A stretch of 64,000 nt of DNA, from the NCBI GenBank assembly GCA_030704615.1, contig CM060734.1, positions 8,556,001 through 8,620,000 on the forward strand, in the 5' to 3' direction. The notes beneath the pieces are model-generated. The model did not search any database. It was not told where the DNA came from and saw nothing but the letters and a program-made list of their open reading frames with translations. Made by a program: the position numbers and the translations under genes. Every line of letters begins with the position of its first letter. The first letter of the stretch is position 1. Positions 1 to 12,625 of this stretch are shown here, one piece after another. Source of the stretch: Takakia lepidozioides (lineage: Eukaryota; Plantae; Bryophyta).

Positions 1-639
1 CACTTTTCCATGTGTGGATCCACCCCACCAATCACTTCCTGCTCCCTACTTAAGGTATCGCAGGCGAAAAAATGTAGAATGTGGTTTTATTGAAAGTAAT
101 GGTCAACATGTCGGGAATGACTTGGATGAACACTCCAGAAGGTGTACAGAGAGTTTTTGGAACAATGTCCGTGGTGTTGCATTCTACCCCCAGATTATTT
201 TCCGCTGATTCCTGCCATGTGATAACTTTGCGTGTCTTGCAAATCTGCCAAATCTGCACACAAACACCTACTACCTCAAACAATTGGTTACCAAGTGCAC
301 CAGAGTGGAGGAGCACCCACGGTCCACTTAGTGCGGCACAGTTATGCAATGCTCCAATCCCAGGCAACGCAAGGGGCACATTGATTATGAAATGGCCTAA
401 GAATGTCAATTGTACTGGTGTAGAATATACATTTTGCATTTTCAAGTTTTTGATCACACCCACCCACAAGCTGAATTCTAAATAAGTAGTTGCAAGACTC
501 TTAGGTGCCTGCATCTTAACGCTACGAGATAAGACACAAAATAACTATTGAAAGAGGTCCTTATGCCTTGGCAAATTGCCGGGCCCACGCGTCCCAAGAA
601 GGTCTCAGCATTGCAGCCAAAGTGCTCTCGCTGCTGGCC

Positions 640-2650
640 ACGAGTAACCCTTCATGTTCACATTTAAAGTGATAATGTCTGGCTTCAAGTCCTTTTTGTT
701 AATTCTTTCAAAGAGATGCAGGGCCTTCCTGTGACGACCATGCGGGCATTCATCCTGCAATCATTGCACTCCACCACACCATTACAACAAGTGGATGACA
801 TGTGTTGAAGAAGAAAGTGCCGGATTTTGACAAGTCTGCTGCTGCTGCAGCTTCCTGCAGTTGTCCATCCACCCATGCTTAATTGCTGAACCACATGTCG
901 ATCCCTCAAAGCCTATTGCGAGGCAGCTGCCGACATCTCGTGTTGTCTAGCTCTACATGTCGCAAGCTTTACCTGCACCCCTCGAAACACATTCGTCTTG
1001 AACAGATCATTACCAAACATGAAATATGCTAAGGCAAAGGAGTATGAAAGGCTCGTCGTTCCCTAACAGTTTGAGCTCCGCATCTGGATTTGAGCTCCGC
1101 ATTTGAGAGGAAGATGTCTCATCTCCAATTGTGTCTGCACTGTTATTCTCCTCTTCTTTATGGGGGCAATACAGAAGATCGGAGAAAGCAGTCCAGACTC
1201 AATGCCGGATTGAGTGTGGAATGCTATTAGGCGTGATTCAGTTTGATGAACCTTCTGCCCCACCCAGTTATCAGGTGCTATCGCCAGCTTACAAGACAAC
1301 ATGAACCCAAATGCCACTCATGACACGAGAGTGCAGGGTGCAATCTTTCTAAGCTACAGGCAAAAAAAGACAACAATACAAGGCATACCTCATTGCTGCA
1401 GCTCCTTTACAGGCTCCCTTTACCTGCATACCCCAGTAACCAAATACATGCGTGTGCCAGCCTAAATCCCCATATACATTGGTCACGTCAAGACACTTAA
1501 ACCTTTCCAGAAAACTAGTATTTCCCCCACAGAACAAACCCCCATCTTCAAAGTGATGAAGCGGTTTGAGTCCCGTACCACAATTGTTCAGCCAACAGTC
1601 TTTGAGTTGAGCTTGGTGGGGTGTGGCAGTCTCCACACACCACCCGAAGATTCTTCATCAGACGGAGAGGCATCCCAGGGGCCGTGCTATCAGCCCCAAA
1701 CCTTGTCAAATTAATATGTGGTGCAATCCTAGCTTTCAGGATGTCTGCATGGACCTTTCTTACCCAGTTCCAGAGCTCCTAGGTGTGCACACACATTGAG
1801 AACACACAGAGGAATGTAAAACTGTCCGGGCTGCACCCTTTCCCATTGCATTTCCTGATAGAGCTTGAAAGCCCCCTATCACACCTGTGCTGAGCATATC
1901 CTGCCATAATGGCAAATCCATGAGAACACATTTTGTTCAGGCATCATATGTTGAACACCTGACATGCATCCTTCATTGCTCCCCACACTTGGCATAACAT
2001 GTCAGCAAGGCAGTCTCCAGGGATAATATCTGGTTCAATTTCAGCTTGGATGATGTCAGCATGCACCTCTTTGCCCTGTTCCAAGGATCCTAAGCAGGCA
2101 CATACATTGAGAACGCTGTTGGGCATTGTCCCTTCCCATTCATTTGCTCATAGATATCAAAGCCTCTCTACCACACCCACACTGAGCATACCCAGCAATC
2201 ATTGCACTACATGAGACCACATCATGTTGAACCATTTTGTCAAACACTTGACGTGCATCCTTCACACCTCCCACATTTGGCATACATCAACAATGGTATT
2301 CTCCACAATGATATCTATCTTTATTTCACTTTTGTGAGGTCAGCATGGACCTCTTTCCCCTTTTTCAGCGATCCCAGACTTGGCACACGCGTTGATAAGA
2401 ACACTGATATATTTGGCCTTGGTGGGTGTTACCCCTTCCACTTGCATTTGCTCATAACCATCTCAAAAGCCCTCTCTAGCACACCCATGCGGGAATATCC
2501 TGCAATCATGGTGTTCCACAAACCACGTCTTGTAGAGACATGTTGTCAAATGTACTTGGCGCGCATCCTTACATTCCCACACTTGGCATACATGCTCAGC
2601 AAGGGCAGTCTCCAGAATGATATCTTGTCGAATTTCCAGCCTTCATGATA
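640..2650 (-). pseudogene. PLS-class pentatricopeptide repeat (PPR) gene remnants
   Basis: Frameshifted PPR motifs, e.g. SVLNVCACLGSLEQGKEVHADIIQAEIEPDI...LADM...MKDACQVF (1944-2126). Similar units occur across 1700-2650, plus GRHRKALHLFERINKKDLKPDIITL near 670-745. Many stops. Confidence 0.75.
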
Positions 2651-3067
2651 TCAATCAAGGAAGCATAGTACCCCCAGTAATCGACACACGCACAAGTCAT
2701 AAAGTATCTTGTCCCATCCAACACTACCAATGAATTGTGCTCAATATTTGAAACACATGCTCACGCAATCGTTTTAACAGCAATTTATTTCACACAAGCA
2801 GGAATAATCAGACTGGCTGTCTCCAACACAACCCATAGCCCAGTAACCTAAATTTTTTACGAGAACATGAATGTCTGAAGTCAAAACCCCGTGGAACATA
2901 GTACAATACAACAGTGCTTTTGGTGCAACAAGGAAGTGTGTACATATTTGAAGGTGTAAATCCACTGGACTTGTCAATCAATAGACCTCACCTAATGCTA
3001 CTCAGTACCTGTTACTGACTCTAAACCGATTCACTCACTCTGTGTCCCATCCCAGGTGTCCATCGTA

Positions 3068-3668
3068 CATGCTAGTCCTTTTTGACAAATGCTCAGAGAG
3101 GAAATGTACAAGTTCTGATGGCTTCTCGTCGCTTCACACTCCAATTTACTGCCACCTCAACCTCACATGACTAGTCAATACAGTGCATCATTTACAGCTC
3201 CTATTCATTGTCATTTTACATTGCATCTTTGTCTTTGCCCCAACTCTAGCTTCTTTAAACTCAACTGAGCACATAAAACATGACTATATTGGCAGCAGCT
3301 GACCCCAAATTTGAGGCACTACAATACAAGGCAGTTTATATTTTGTTGTCGACCCATCAAACACTTGCAGGCAAACGTCAGGAGACGAACCACACTGCTG
3401 CTATCCAACCCAAACACACCTGCAGAGTGAGTCCAGCTGGCGTCTTTGAAGAAACAGATGTGTTGGAAGAGGAGGTAAGCTGCTTGGCCTGGGGTTGCAC
3501 CTCCACATGCACGGGGTGCCCTGCTCGGGCCAGCTCCTCTACTGCCTCTGTCTGTGCTGCTGAAAAAAGGCCCGTACACTGCTGCTTGGGCAGCCGTGCT
3601 ATGACTGCTGTTAGCTGCCTCTGAAAACCCATATCGAGGAGCTTGTCTGCCTCATCCAGGATCAATAC
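3068..3668 (-). pseudogene. DEAD-box RNA helicase (DDX55/SPB4/RH18-like), two isolated exons
   Basis: Exon 3668-3420 has AG/GT borders and encodes [15 protein letters not shown]...[22 protein letters not shown]...SKTPAGL. A degenerate next exon at ~3148-3068 encodes DEKPSELVHFL. Other exons are absent. Confidence 0.8.
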
Positions 3669-3978
3669 CTGCAACCGTCCACTTTCAGAACACCCCAACA
3701 CACGCACCACTTCTAAGGCCTATGTTGTAAAATAAGGTACTCCTGCGTCCCAATCCAGACAGTCCCTGTAGGATGGGAACTCATGTACCACTAGTCTACC
3801 ACACCATTGCAGTTCTTACATGCAGTCCAACTTCATAATACTTGTAACATGATGTCCCCTTCCCCCATCATTTGCTCATAGGTCTCCAAAAGGGAAATCC
3901 CATGGGAAAGTAAGTATGTGATGGGCACAACAATGTTCACCTTACAGAATGACGGGCTGCAACTGACATCTTGAAAGC

Positions 3979-6900
3979 CTAATTGTCAGTAGAGTCCAGC
4001 TCCGCAATAGCGTGCATTATCCCCTCTTCTGCATATGGTGGCAATTTATACACTGGCTTGTTCCCTGACACCCTGTGGTCAGCAGGTAGCATCGGGAACT
4101 TTATGGCACGCACATGCTCAGGGTGCCAAAAGCTCGCATCTGCATTTTTGCATAGCACATAGGTGTCGCCGTCTGCCCCCCACTTCTGATAGCGATTACC
4201 AGCCACAGCCATGTCACCTTGGCCAAATGAAGGGCGCCATGCATCAGTGAAGCGCTTCTTCACTTCATGAAGAGGCCGAGAACAACAGAGGATGTAAAAT
4301 TCCACATTTTCCTCGTTGTCGTCCGTTGCCTTCACCGCAAAATTGTCCCCAATCTGTAGGACGGAGGCAAGCAAATCTCCATCATGTCCAAAGTGGTCCC
4401 ACCCCTCGTCTGCCCCCTCCACCATGGCTTGCCTTACATCTCTGGTGTTCTTGGGGGTCAGGATCTCCAACTCCCACTGTCCACACCATTCAACATTCTC
4501 ACAAGCACTCCATTGTGAGTCAACACAAAAGCAACAAAAACAAGCCAAATCCTTCCTCATCAGTTTGTTTGTATCACCACTAGGGACTGATCTCACCGAA
4601 TGCACTTTTTGGGTTCCCTTTATAGGGTCACAATCATGTCGTGAACGTCGGTTGATATCAGATTTCTTCACATTCCAAAAAACACGTTTTACATCCCGTC
4701 TTTGCCCACGTATGAAGTTTCAGGTCTTGATGACAGCCGCTCTCTCAAGAAATTCACCACGTCCTCGGCATTTTGTAATTTAGGGCCTGACACATCCAAC
4801 TGTGCTTGTCGCAGGAATCTTTTGACAACAGCACCTGCACCATCATGAGGACCCTTGCCGTGCCCTGTACCAAAAAAGCTCCAAAGCAAGGCACAACCAC
4901 CGGTGACATGAGGGTACCGACTCACAAAGTACCATGGGACTTTGCTTTTAAATTGGGAAGCACAACCGCTCCATATCCAATATTGGCCGAAGGCAAGTAG
5001 TGGGTTTTGTCGTCCGAAATAAAATAATGGTACTCCATCAAGCTATCACTTCGAGGGTCATTAGGATCAGGCTCAGGGTTTCGACGCCAAGTTATTAAAC
5101 CCATGATGGTAATCTGGTAGGAATGCCAGTGCATTGATTGCACTTCATTCTGGATCTCAAAAGTATAGTTCTCTGCAAAATCAACCACTGACACCAGAAT
5201 ATCAGATGGAAAATGCATCAAGCATTGTCGAAATTGCTTGTCCTCCCACCTTGCCACGAAATTGTGGCGAATGAATTCTTGCAGTTTAGGCTTCAAATAT
5301 GATACGAGCTCTTGAGGTGGAGAGCGTTTGTGGACGAGTTCTCCTCTCCTTCCTTTGTCAATACTATTTGTTTTGCAAAGTGCTTCCAATCTACCATGTG
5401 CTCCGACGAGACATCCTCATCCTCCTCATAAGGACAAAGAGCTAGATTGTCAACACCACAGTTTGCGGACTCTCCATACATGCACTCAATTTTGTGCCAA
5501 TCACTATACTAGTTTTTGGGGCATACCACTGACTCCCACATGTGGGACACCCTGTCAAAGGTGTTTACAGCAGCTTGGCAACCAAGCTGATCATCTGATT
5601 GACACACGGATTCACATTGACATGGGCAATAAGAGTGGATGCCCGATTTTGCTCTCATGTTGTTGAAGCCCAATCGGAGCTCCTCCATTTCGACGTGGTA
5701 AATACAACAACAGACATTCCTCTCTGTCATCCTCTTCACAAAGAACGGTTTAAGAGAATCAAACTTGCGGCTCCCAATTATGATATTGGGGTGGGCTCTT
5801 TGAAATCGTAGAAAGAAGTCCATCTACACACGCAACTAACTTGTTAGTCCATAAATGTCTACTGTACATTATCCATGGAAGCCCATAGAGAGTCCACAAA
5901 TAAACTAATGGACTCCAAAGCAACTCCATAAACCCTAAACCCCACATTCAATCCAGTGCATACATTCCAGACTTGTCCATGTCATTGCAAACAAAAGTAC
6001 AACAGTGGACTGGAATTCCACAAGTCCACATACATTCCAGACTTGTCCATGTCATTGCAACAAAAGTACAAACAGTGGACTGGAATTCCACAAGCCCACA
6101 TACAATCCAGTGGAGTCCACATACATTCCACACCTATCCATGTAATTGAAAAAATAGGTACACTTGTGGACTGCAAGTCCACAAGCCCACATACAATCCA
6201 CATTTCTCCATACACGATCCACGTGTCTCCATAAACTGGAACCAACAGTGGAACTGTGGACTGCTACTACCAAATTTTCCACATTTATGCTATACCATGA
6301 CTATGGAGATGGACGCTTCTCCAAGCAACCTTATGCATTCCATACAGACATACCTAATTCGGAAGAACTCCACTAAGTCCAATTCAGTTCGGATAAGTGG
6401 TCTACACTGCAGTCATGGACAACAAGGCCATACCCTAATTTCCACAACTTGCTATCCTAAAGCCTAAATGTCAGGAAGACACTCGTTCTTCCATAGCAAC
6501 TACTCATGGACTTAAAACTAGTGAATGGACTACAGAAGTTGAATGTACTTGTGGCTCCATCAAGTCATGGGTGGGCTTCACATCGTAATCAAATGCAGCC
6601 AGCCGCTTCCGTGTTACATCTTTGGAATTCGGGCTGATGCGTGTTTGCGTAATCCACCAAGAGGTCACGACATCCCTTGTTGTAGCTGAAATGATATCGT
6701 TTCTATGCTTCCTTTTTGACACACTCCACAGGAATCCTCCAGCAGAGTCAACCATGCTTGCGCGGCGAGCAACTGCTAAGCTGACGTTGCGGTGATGAAT
6801 ACCCAACATGCTGGCCGTGGATCTATACGATGCATTGACGCCCTTGCTAACTGCAGCTGTTAATAGGGCATGCTTGCTAGCAAGCTTACCAGCAGAGTTA

Positions 6901-7631
6901 GAAGTTTTAGTCTCAGCCAACGATTCCATCAAACCATCTATAATGGTTTGTTGAGTAAAAACAGTCTTTGGATCTTGCAAACCAACTGGCAGCACATGGA
7001 TGAGGTCAGAATGCGACAAAACCTTCCCCATAATGTGTCTCTTGCTTGGGGGTCCCGGAAATACATTTAAAGTGATAGTAATGTGTCCCACAATCGTCTT
7101 GCAGGCTCTTCGAATTTCCCAATCCCTTACAACCTCGTCCTTCTCCTCCTGTAGGACACCATCAGGTTGCTTGTTGCGTTCTCGAAAACAACGAACGCGT
7201 GCAAGAACCAGCGCCCTTTCTCTCTGAGCCCTCTCCTGTGCGTTCAATTCCCTCTCTTTGCGCGTGGCTTTGGCCCGCACACGTACGCGTTGTGATGCTG
7301 CAGTCGTCACGGTTTCCTAGCCTGTGATTAGTCAATGTGGGGTTCATGTTGTGTTCAATGGGGTCAGCAAGTTCAGCTGTCTTCTATCATGGGACTTGTT
7401 ATCTTTACCACTAAAATGACACAACAGTATGCTAGTATCTCCCAACGTTTGACGTCCTTTCTACCATTTTCCTGACTTTGTCAATGGTTTGTAATAGCTT
7501 ACGGTGAATAACGGCGCCGAAATAGGCCCAGCCGCTTCCAAAGACATCAGAAACCGACCCTATTACCGCGGATGTATGACCTAATACGTCGACAACGGCA
7601 GGAAAATTCTAATTCTGTGGATGCACCACTC
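3979..7631 (-). mobile_element. Degenerate DDE DNA transposon, probably Sola2-like
   Basis: Exon 7310-6549, GT-AG intron 6548-5824, then a frameshifted exon 5823-3979 with C.CIYH, DFAENY..Q.EVQSMHW, WS(D)GCASQFK, HGKGPHDGAGAVVKR and C.C..C. Candidate terminus GAGTGGTGCATCC at 7631 (minus). The other terminus was not found. Confidence 0.7.
5950..6270. repeat. ~69-bp minisatellite inside the transposase intron
   Basis: Repeated catacattccagacttgtccatgtcattgcaa...aacagtggactggaattccacaag units plus degenerate copies. Confidence 0.85.
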
Positions 7632-7640
7632 CCTGGACTA

Positions 7641-9123
7641 CCTGCTTTCCACCAAGCTCATGCATTTTTCCGTGCGCAAGGATGTCTTCAACAGTCTGTT
7701 CGCTGTCAAAAGTCACAAACCCAAAACCACGGGAACGCCCAGTACTGTGGTCTTGCATGATTTGATGCTCCACAACGTTTCCAAAGCCAGAAAAATAACC
7801 TTTGAAGTCCTCTGCAATCAATGTAGACAAAACTTCAACAGAAACCTTCCTAATGCACCTTTACCAACCACAAAATTGGATCATCTTGCAAAGACGAGCT
7901 CTTGCAGGGGAAAAATGTGAAAAACAACAGGGAGAGGCATGTTGTCGGCGTTCCACACATGCATACCATCTGTGATAGAAGGAGGAATGTCTCCCACAAA
8001 AATCTTCTTTGTCTTCAGTCCTTTACTTGTATAGATATTTTCATGAGGAACCGACTTTTTGGCCTCCACCTGCACCTACATCTAGTTAGCATCGCCATGC
8101 ACCGTTATGGATTCCAAACATATTCCCCGCGAATGAGACAGACAAAATAAAGGTTGGAAGAGGACCCCTGCTGCAGAAGCCCCTAAGTAAATCTACCTAA
8201 GGCGCACGAAATATCTAGCAACAGACAGAATAGGTCTACAGTTTGGACACTAACTGTTCTACCATCAATAACATGCTTGTCTAGCACAACACGATTGCAG
8301 ACGGCTGCATCGGCAAAGGTGAGGAACCCAAACCCGCGAGGATGGCCTGTGGTGCGATCTTTCATGATGACAGCATCTGTGTTTTCTCCATACTTTTTTG
8401 AAATGGCTTGTGAGGTTATCTGTACATAGAACGGGATGTCCGAGCCAAACCACAGGGAAGAATGTGGAAGGTATCTAATCATCCTAGATCATATCATATC
8501 TTTTCAGTGCTGGTATTAACTCAATACGATATACGCTGAGCACAACAACCATGTAGAAACAACCCTAAGCATTAGACTCAGCACTCAACTGTGAAAACCC
8601 CCAAAAGCCGGATAAAGGAGGTACAGACGCGCACCTGTAGATGTATCCCATGAAAAGGCCTCCGATGAAGACTTTCCCTCTATCCTACGAAGGGTAGTGA
8701 GTTAGCTACATGGGGATCGGTGACCACTCTTATTTTCTACAAACAAATCGCGTAATCCACACCACAATCATACCCTACTGCTTAACTAGAGCAAGTGCTA
8801 AAGCTCAATCTACAGCTAGGTCCATAAGGGGCTGAACCGACAACTAACCCTGAACTGGACATCTTTTCTGCGGATGCGTCTGGCGAGTCTTTGGCTTCCC
8901 TCTCTACCATATCGTCCTTTGGAGCATCTCCATTCTCATTCTCAATCTCATTCTCATCCTCATTCTCATTCTCATTCTCAAAGTTCTGCTCTTCTGGCTC
9001 ATCATCAGCCTGGTGCTGTGGCTCGGCGTCGGCCACATCCTGCTGCTGCTGCTGCTCATCCAATGCGTGGTTCAGATCGGGCGCCCCATCCTGCACGTTC
9101 TGTTCCTCCCCACCTCCCTCCAT
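7641..9123 (-). pseudogene. Truncated, frameshifted tandem duplicate of the hnRNP-like RRM gene
   Basis: Exons 1-5 are colinear with the 15085-12626 gene. There are +1 insertions in exon 2 (tgaaaagg vs tgaaagg) and exon 3. The Gly-rich last exon is missing because the copy ends at the transposon. A (GAGAAT)n expansion lies at ~8930-8980. Confidence 0.85.
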
Positions 9124-9391
9124 TGGCGGCAGCAGCGACCCTCGCACAAACCCGCAATACCACAACAGACTAGCCCTGTGCCTACCTTACTCGCCTGCCC
9201 TACCTGCTTGCCCTCTTCCTTTCCTGCCTACATATCCTTGCCTCTGTCTTCCTCTTCCAGCAATGCCCTGCACCTCTATGGCCTCCTTCACCCTCTCCAC
9301 TGTTGCGCCTTAGGGTTTGACGACGAAAAGAAACCTCTCTCTCGGTCGAATCTTTCCACGAATACTCTCCACCGTCTTCTTTAGGTTTGTA

Positions 9392-11322
9392 CTAGGGTAG
9401 CCTCTGCCATTGGCCCAAGTATCATCAGCTAAGTCCAAGTGCAATCCCCTATGTATCCACAGACCCTGCAGTTTGGGAGATCTAGGGTAGCATGTGCCAT
9501 TTGGCCATGTGTGAAGAATTGAGATCTAAGCCCTAGTGCACCCTCCTATGCATCCAAGGGCTTCTCCCATGTATAGGCCCAAGTGTGGCCTCCACTGTCC
9601 AATGTCATCTAAGTCCAAGTGCAATCCCCTATGTATCTATGTATCCAGAGAACCTCATGTTTGGGAGATCTAGGCCTAGGGTAGCCTGTGCCATTGGCCC
9701 AAGTGTCCAGTGTCATCTAAATCCAAGTGCAATCCCCTATGTAACTAGAGACCCTCCTGTTTGAGAGATGTAGGCCTAAGGTAGTTTGTGCCATTGGCCC
9801 ATGTGTGAAGAATTGAAATCTAAGCCCGAGTGCAATCTGCTATGTATCCAGGTGCTTCTCCCATGTGGAGAGGCCCAAGTGCGACCTCCAGTGTCTAATG
9901 TCATCTGAGTCCCAGTGCAACCCTATGTATCCAAAGACCCTACAGTTTGGGAGATCTCCACTCATTGTTCCAGCAAAGCCCACTTTGTTATTTTTGCAAT
10001 CTCCCCTATTGAGGCTTTATATATTGATATATCCACTTTGCTTATTTTCGCGAATTTCCAGCAACCAAAAGGACATGAAATTTCCAGATCTCCCACATGA
10101 AAGGCCAATCTTTGCTCCATGAAAGCCCACTTTGCTATTTTTCACAAATTTCCAGCGACCCAAAGCACTTGAAATTCCACATCTCCCACACCGCAAGTCC
10201 AAAAATCATGAGACCAAGCCCGTGCACCCCTCCTCATCGAGACCAAGCACCGGGGCTGGGCCCGCGGTTTGGGGGATCTCAACGATGTTACAAAACAAAA
10301 CAAAACAAATGTCCCGCTTCATATATTGACTAGGGTAGCCTATGCCATTGGCCCAAGTGTCCAGTGTCATCTAAGTCCAAGTGCAATCCCCTACGTATCC
10401 CTCCTGATTGGGAGATCTAGGCCTTAGGGTAGCCTACGCCATTGGCCCATGTTTGAAGAATTGAAATCTAAGTCCAAGTGCAATCCCCTATGTATCGAAG
10501 TAGCGTCTCCTATGTCAAGGCCCATGTGTGAAGAATTGAAATCTAAGCCCAAGTGCAATTTCTTATGTATCCAGTGGGTCTCTTATGTCGAGGCCCAAGT
10601 GCGACCTCTAGTGTAGTCTATGCCATTGGCCCATGTGTGAAGAATTGAAATCTAAGCCCAAGTGCAATCTTCTATTCATGTATCCAAGTGCATCTCCCAT
10701 GTACAGGCCCAAGTGTCCACTGTCATCTAAGTCCAAGTGCAATCCCATATATATATATATTTTCCGGAGAGCCTACGACCAGATTTGAACCGGAGACCTT
10801 TCCCTTGATATCTCTCCCCTCGAGGCTCCAACCATTGTCCCAGGAATTGCCCACTTTGCCATTTTTGCTATTTTTTGTGAATTTCCTGCGACCAAAAGTA
10901 CTTGAAATTCCATATCTCCCACACCGTAGGTCCAAAAGTCATGAGACTAAGCTGGTGCACCCCTCCTCATCGAGGGCTTTTCAACGGTACCAAGCACCAA
11001 TGCGGGGGCCTCGCGGTTTGGGACATCTCAACGCTACAAAACAAAACAAAACAAAACAAACATCTCGCTTCATATATTGAGGTATATACAATCAATACTA
11101 GGGTAGCCTATGCCGTTGGCCCAAGTGTCTGTGTCATCTAAGCCCAAGTGCAATCTCCTATGTATCCAAGGGTGTCTCCCATGTGCGGCCTCCTATGTCG
11201 AGGCCCATCTAAGCCCAAGCTGCAATCTCCTATGTATCTAAGTACATCTCCCATGTTAAGGCCCCATTTATATTTTTCCATGAATTTACTGAGTAGTAAT
11301 ATATCCAATCATTATTTATAGA
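9392..11322 (-). mobile_element. Head-to-tail array of non-autonomous Helitrons with amplified 3' ends
   Basis: On the plus strand A|CTAG at 9391/9392 and GA|T at 11322/11323, i.e. a TC...CTAG element in an AT site on minus. An internal TTGA|CTAG junction lies at 10329/10330. Many ctagggtagcctgtgccattggcccaagtg units. Confidence 0.7.
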
Positions 11323-12625
11323 TCTCCCGTCGAGGTTCTTGTCTCGAGAGTGCTTGTGCTTAATGGTATGGACTCTTTCTCTTGTCAACTCTGAAACAGA
11401 TGAGGTGCATCTCATATGCTGATCTTGTGGTATTAAATGGTGAAAAAATGCCTCATCGTAGGAGAGGTGAAGAGACTAGCAATTTTTAGGAGTAGCACAA
11501 CTGATGCTATCCCAAGCCTGTCCGGGACATACAAAAGAGAAGCAACTTCCAGGGCACTAAAAACATGGATATATTACACCAGACGGATCTCCCACAGCCT
11601 TGCTGCAAGATTCCACTACTTGACAATCTGTCATCTCCAAATGCATGCTCATGGTCCCAAGGTGTGGATGAGGGCAAGCACTTGGGTACAATTGATATAC
11701 TTGAGATTCAGTGATCACCTTGGCCCATTTCACTTGTCTGAGTAGTATTACAAACTCCTCTGTTATCGGAATATTTAAGATGGGGAAATTAGCGGCATAG
11801 ATTATTCCTCACATGACCATTTGTTGCCTGGCTGGAGGACGGCCAAAGATAAAGAAGGAAAGGCTAGGGCCTGCTATCTCCAAGACCCTCCCAGTGGGCG
11901 CACCATGCTGACCCTTAACAGTCAATATGCATTGTTGCATGAAACAAATTCACTGCATAGAACGCTTGGGCTTTACCATACACTCCTCAATCCAGTTGAA
12001 GGAAAAGCTCCTACTTCAAGGCACAAAGATCCATCCTTAAAAAGGCTAGATAATGAACACCCATAGCCATTCACAGTTAAAATTAATACTTGAGAGATTG
12101 CTCTGCTGGCATACAACCTTAAGGATGATGCCCTCAAGCATTGCCAAGGGGCAGCTTTGCATGAATTCAACAGACAACCTTGGTAAACACTAACAATGAT
12201 GCCCATTGACTCAGGATTTGATAGAAGGTAACACCCACAACCCGTTCCAGTGTTGCTGAAAAATGTACCATCCCACGTGAAGATCAAAAGGGTCTGTAGG
12301 AATTGTACATCATTTCCTCTTGCCCTTGGTCCCCCACTGGCTGGCAACACATCATTCACTGCAGATACTACACCAAGGAGAAAGACTAAAGCACTAGGAG
12401 GTGTGACCACCCACACATAACTCCTCAGCAAGCCCTCCTAAAAAAAAAGGGAACGGACTTGAGGTCTTCCACATTGCTGACCAGAGATTTGGGGATGAGG
12501 AGACTTGAAATCAATCTGAAAGTCATTATAGCCAAAAGGAATATCCAGTGAACATACAACTAACCCTGTGCAGATATTATCTGCCTCAGCTCTACACTGT
12601 TCTATGACACTGAGCAAAAAAGGCT

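Noticed and set aside
14-514. Overlapping ORFs at the window start
   Set aside because: No recognisable motifs on either strand.
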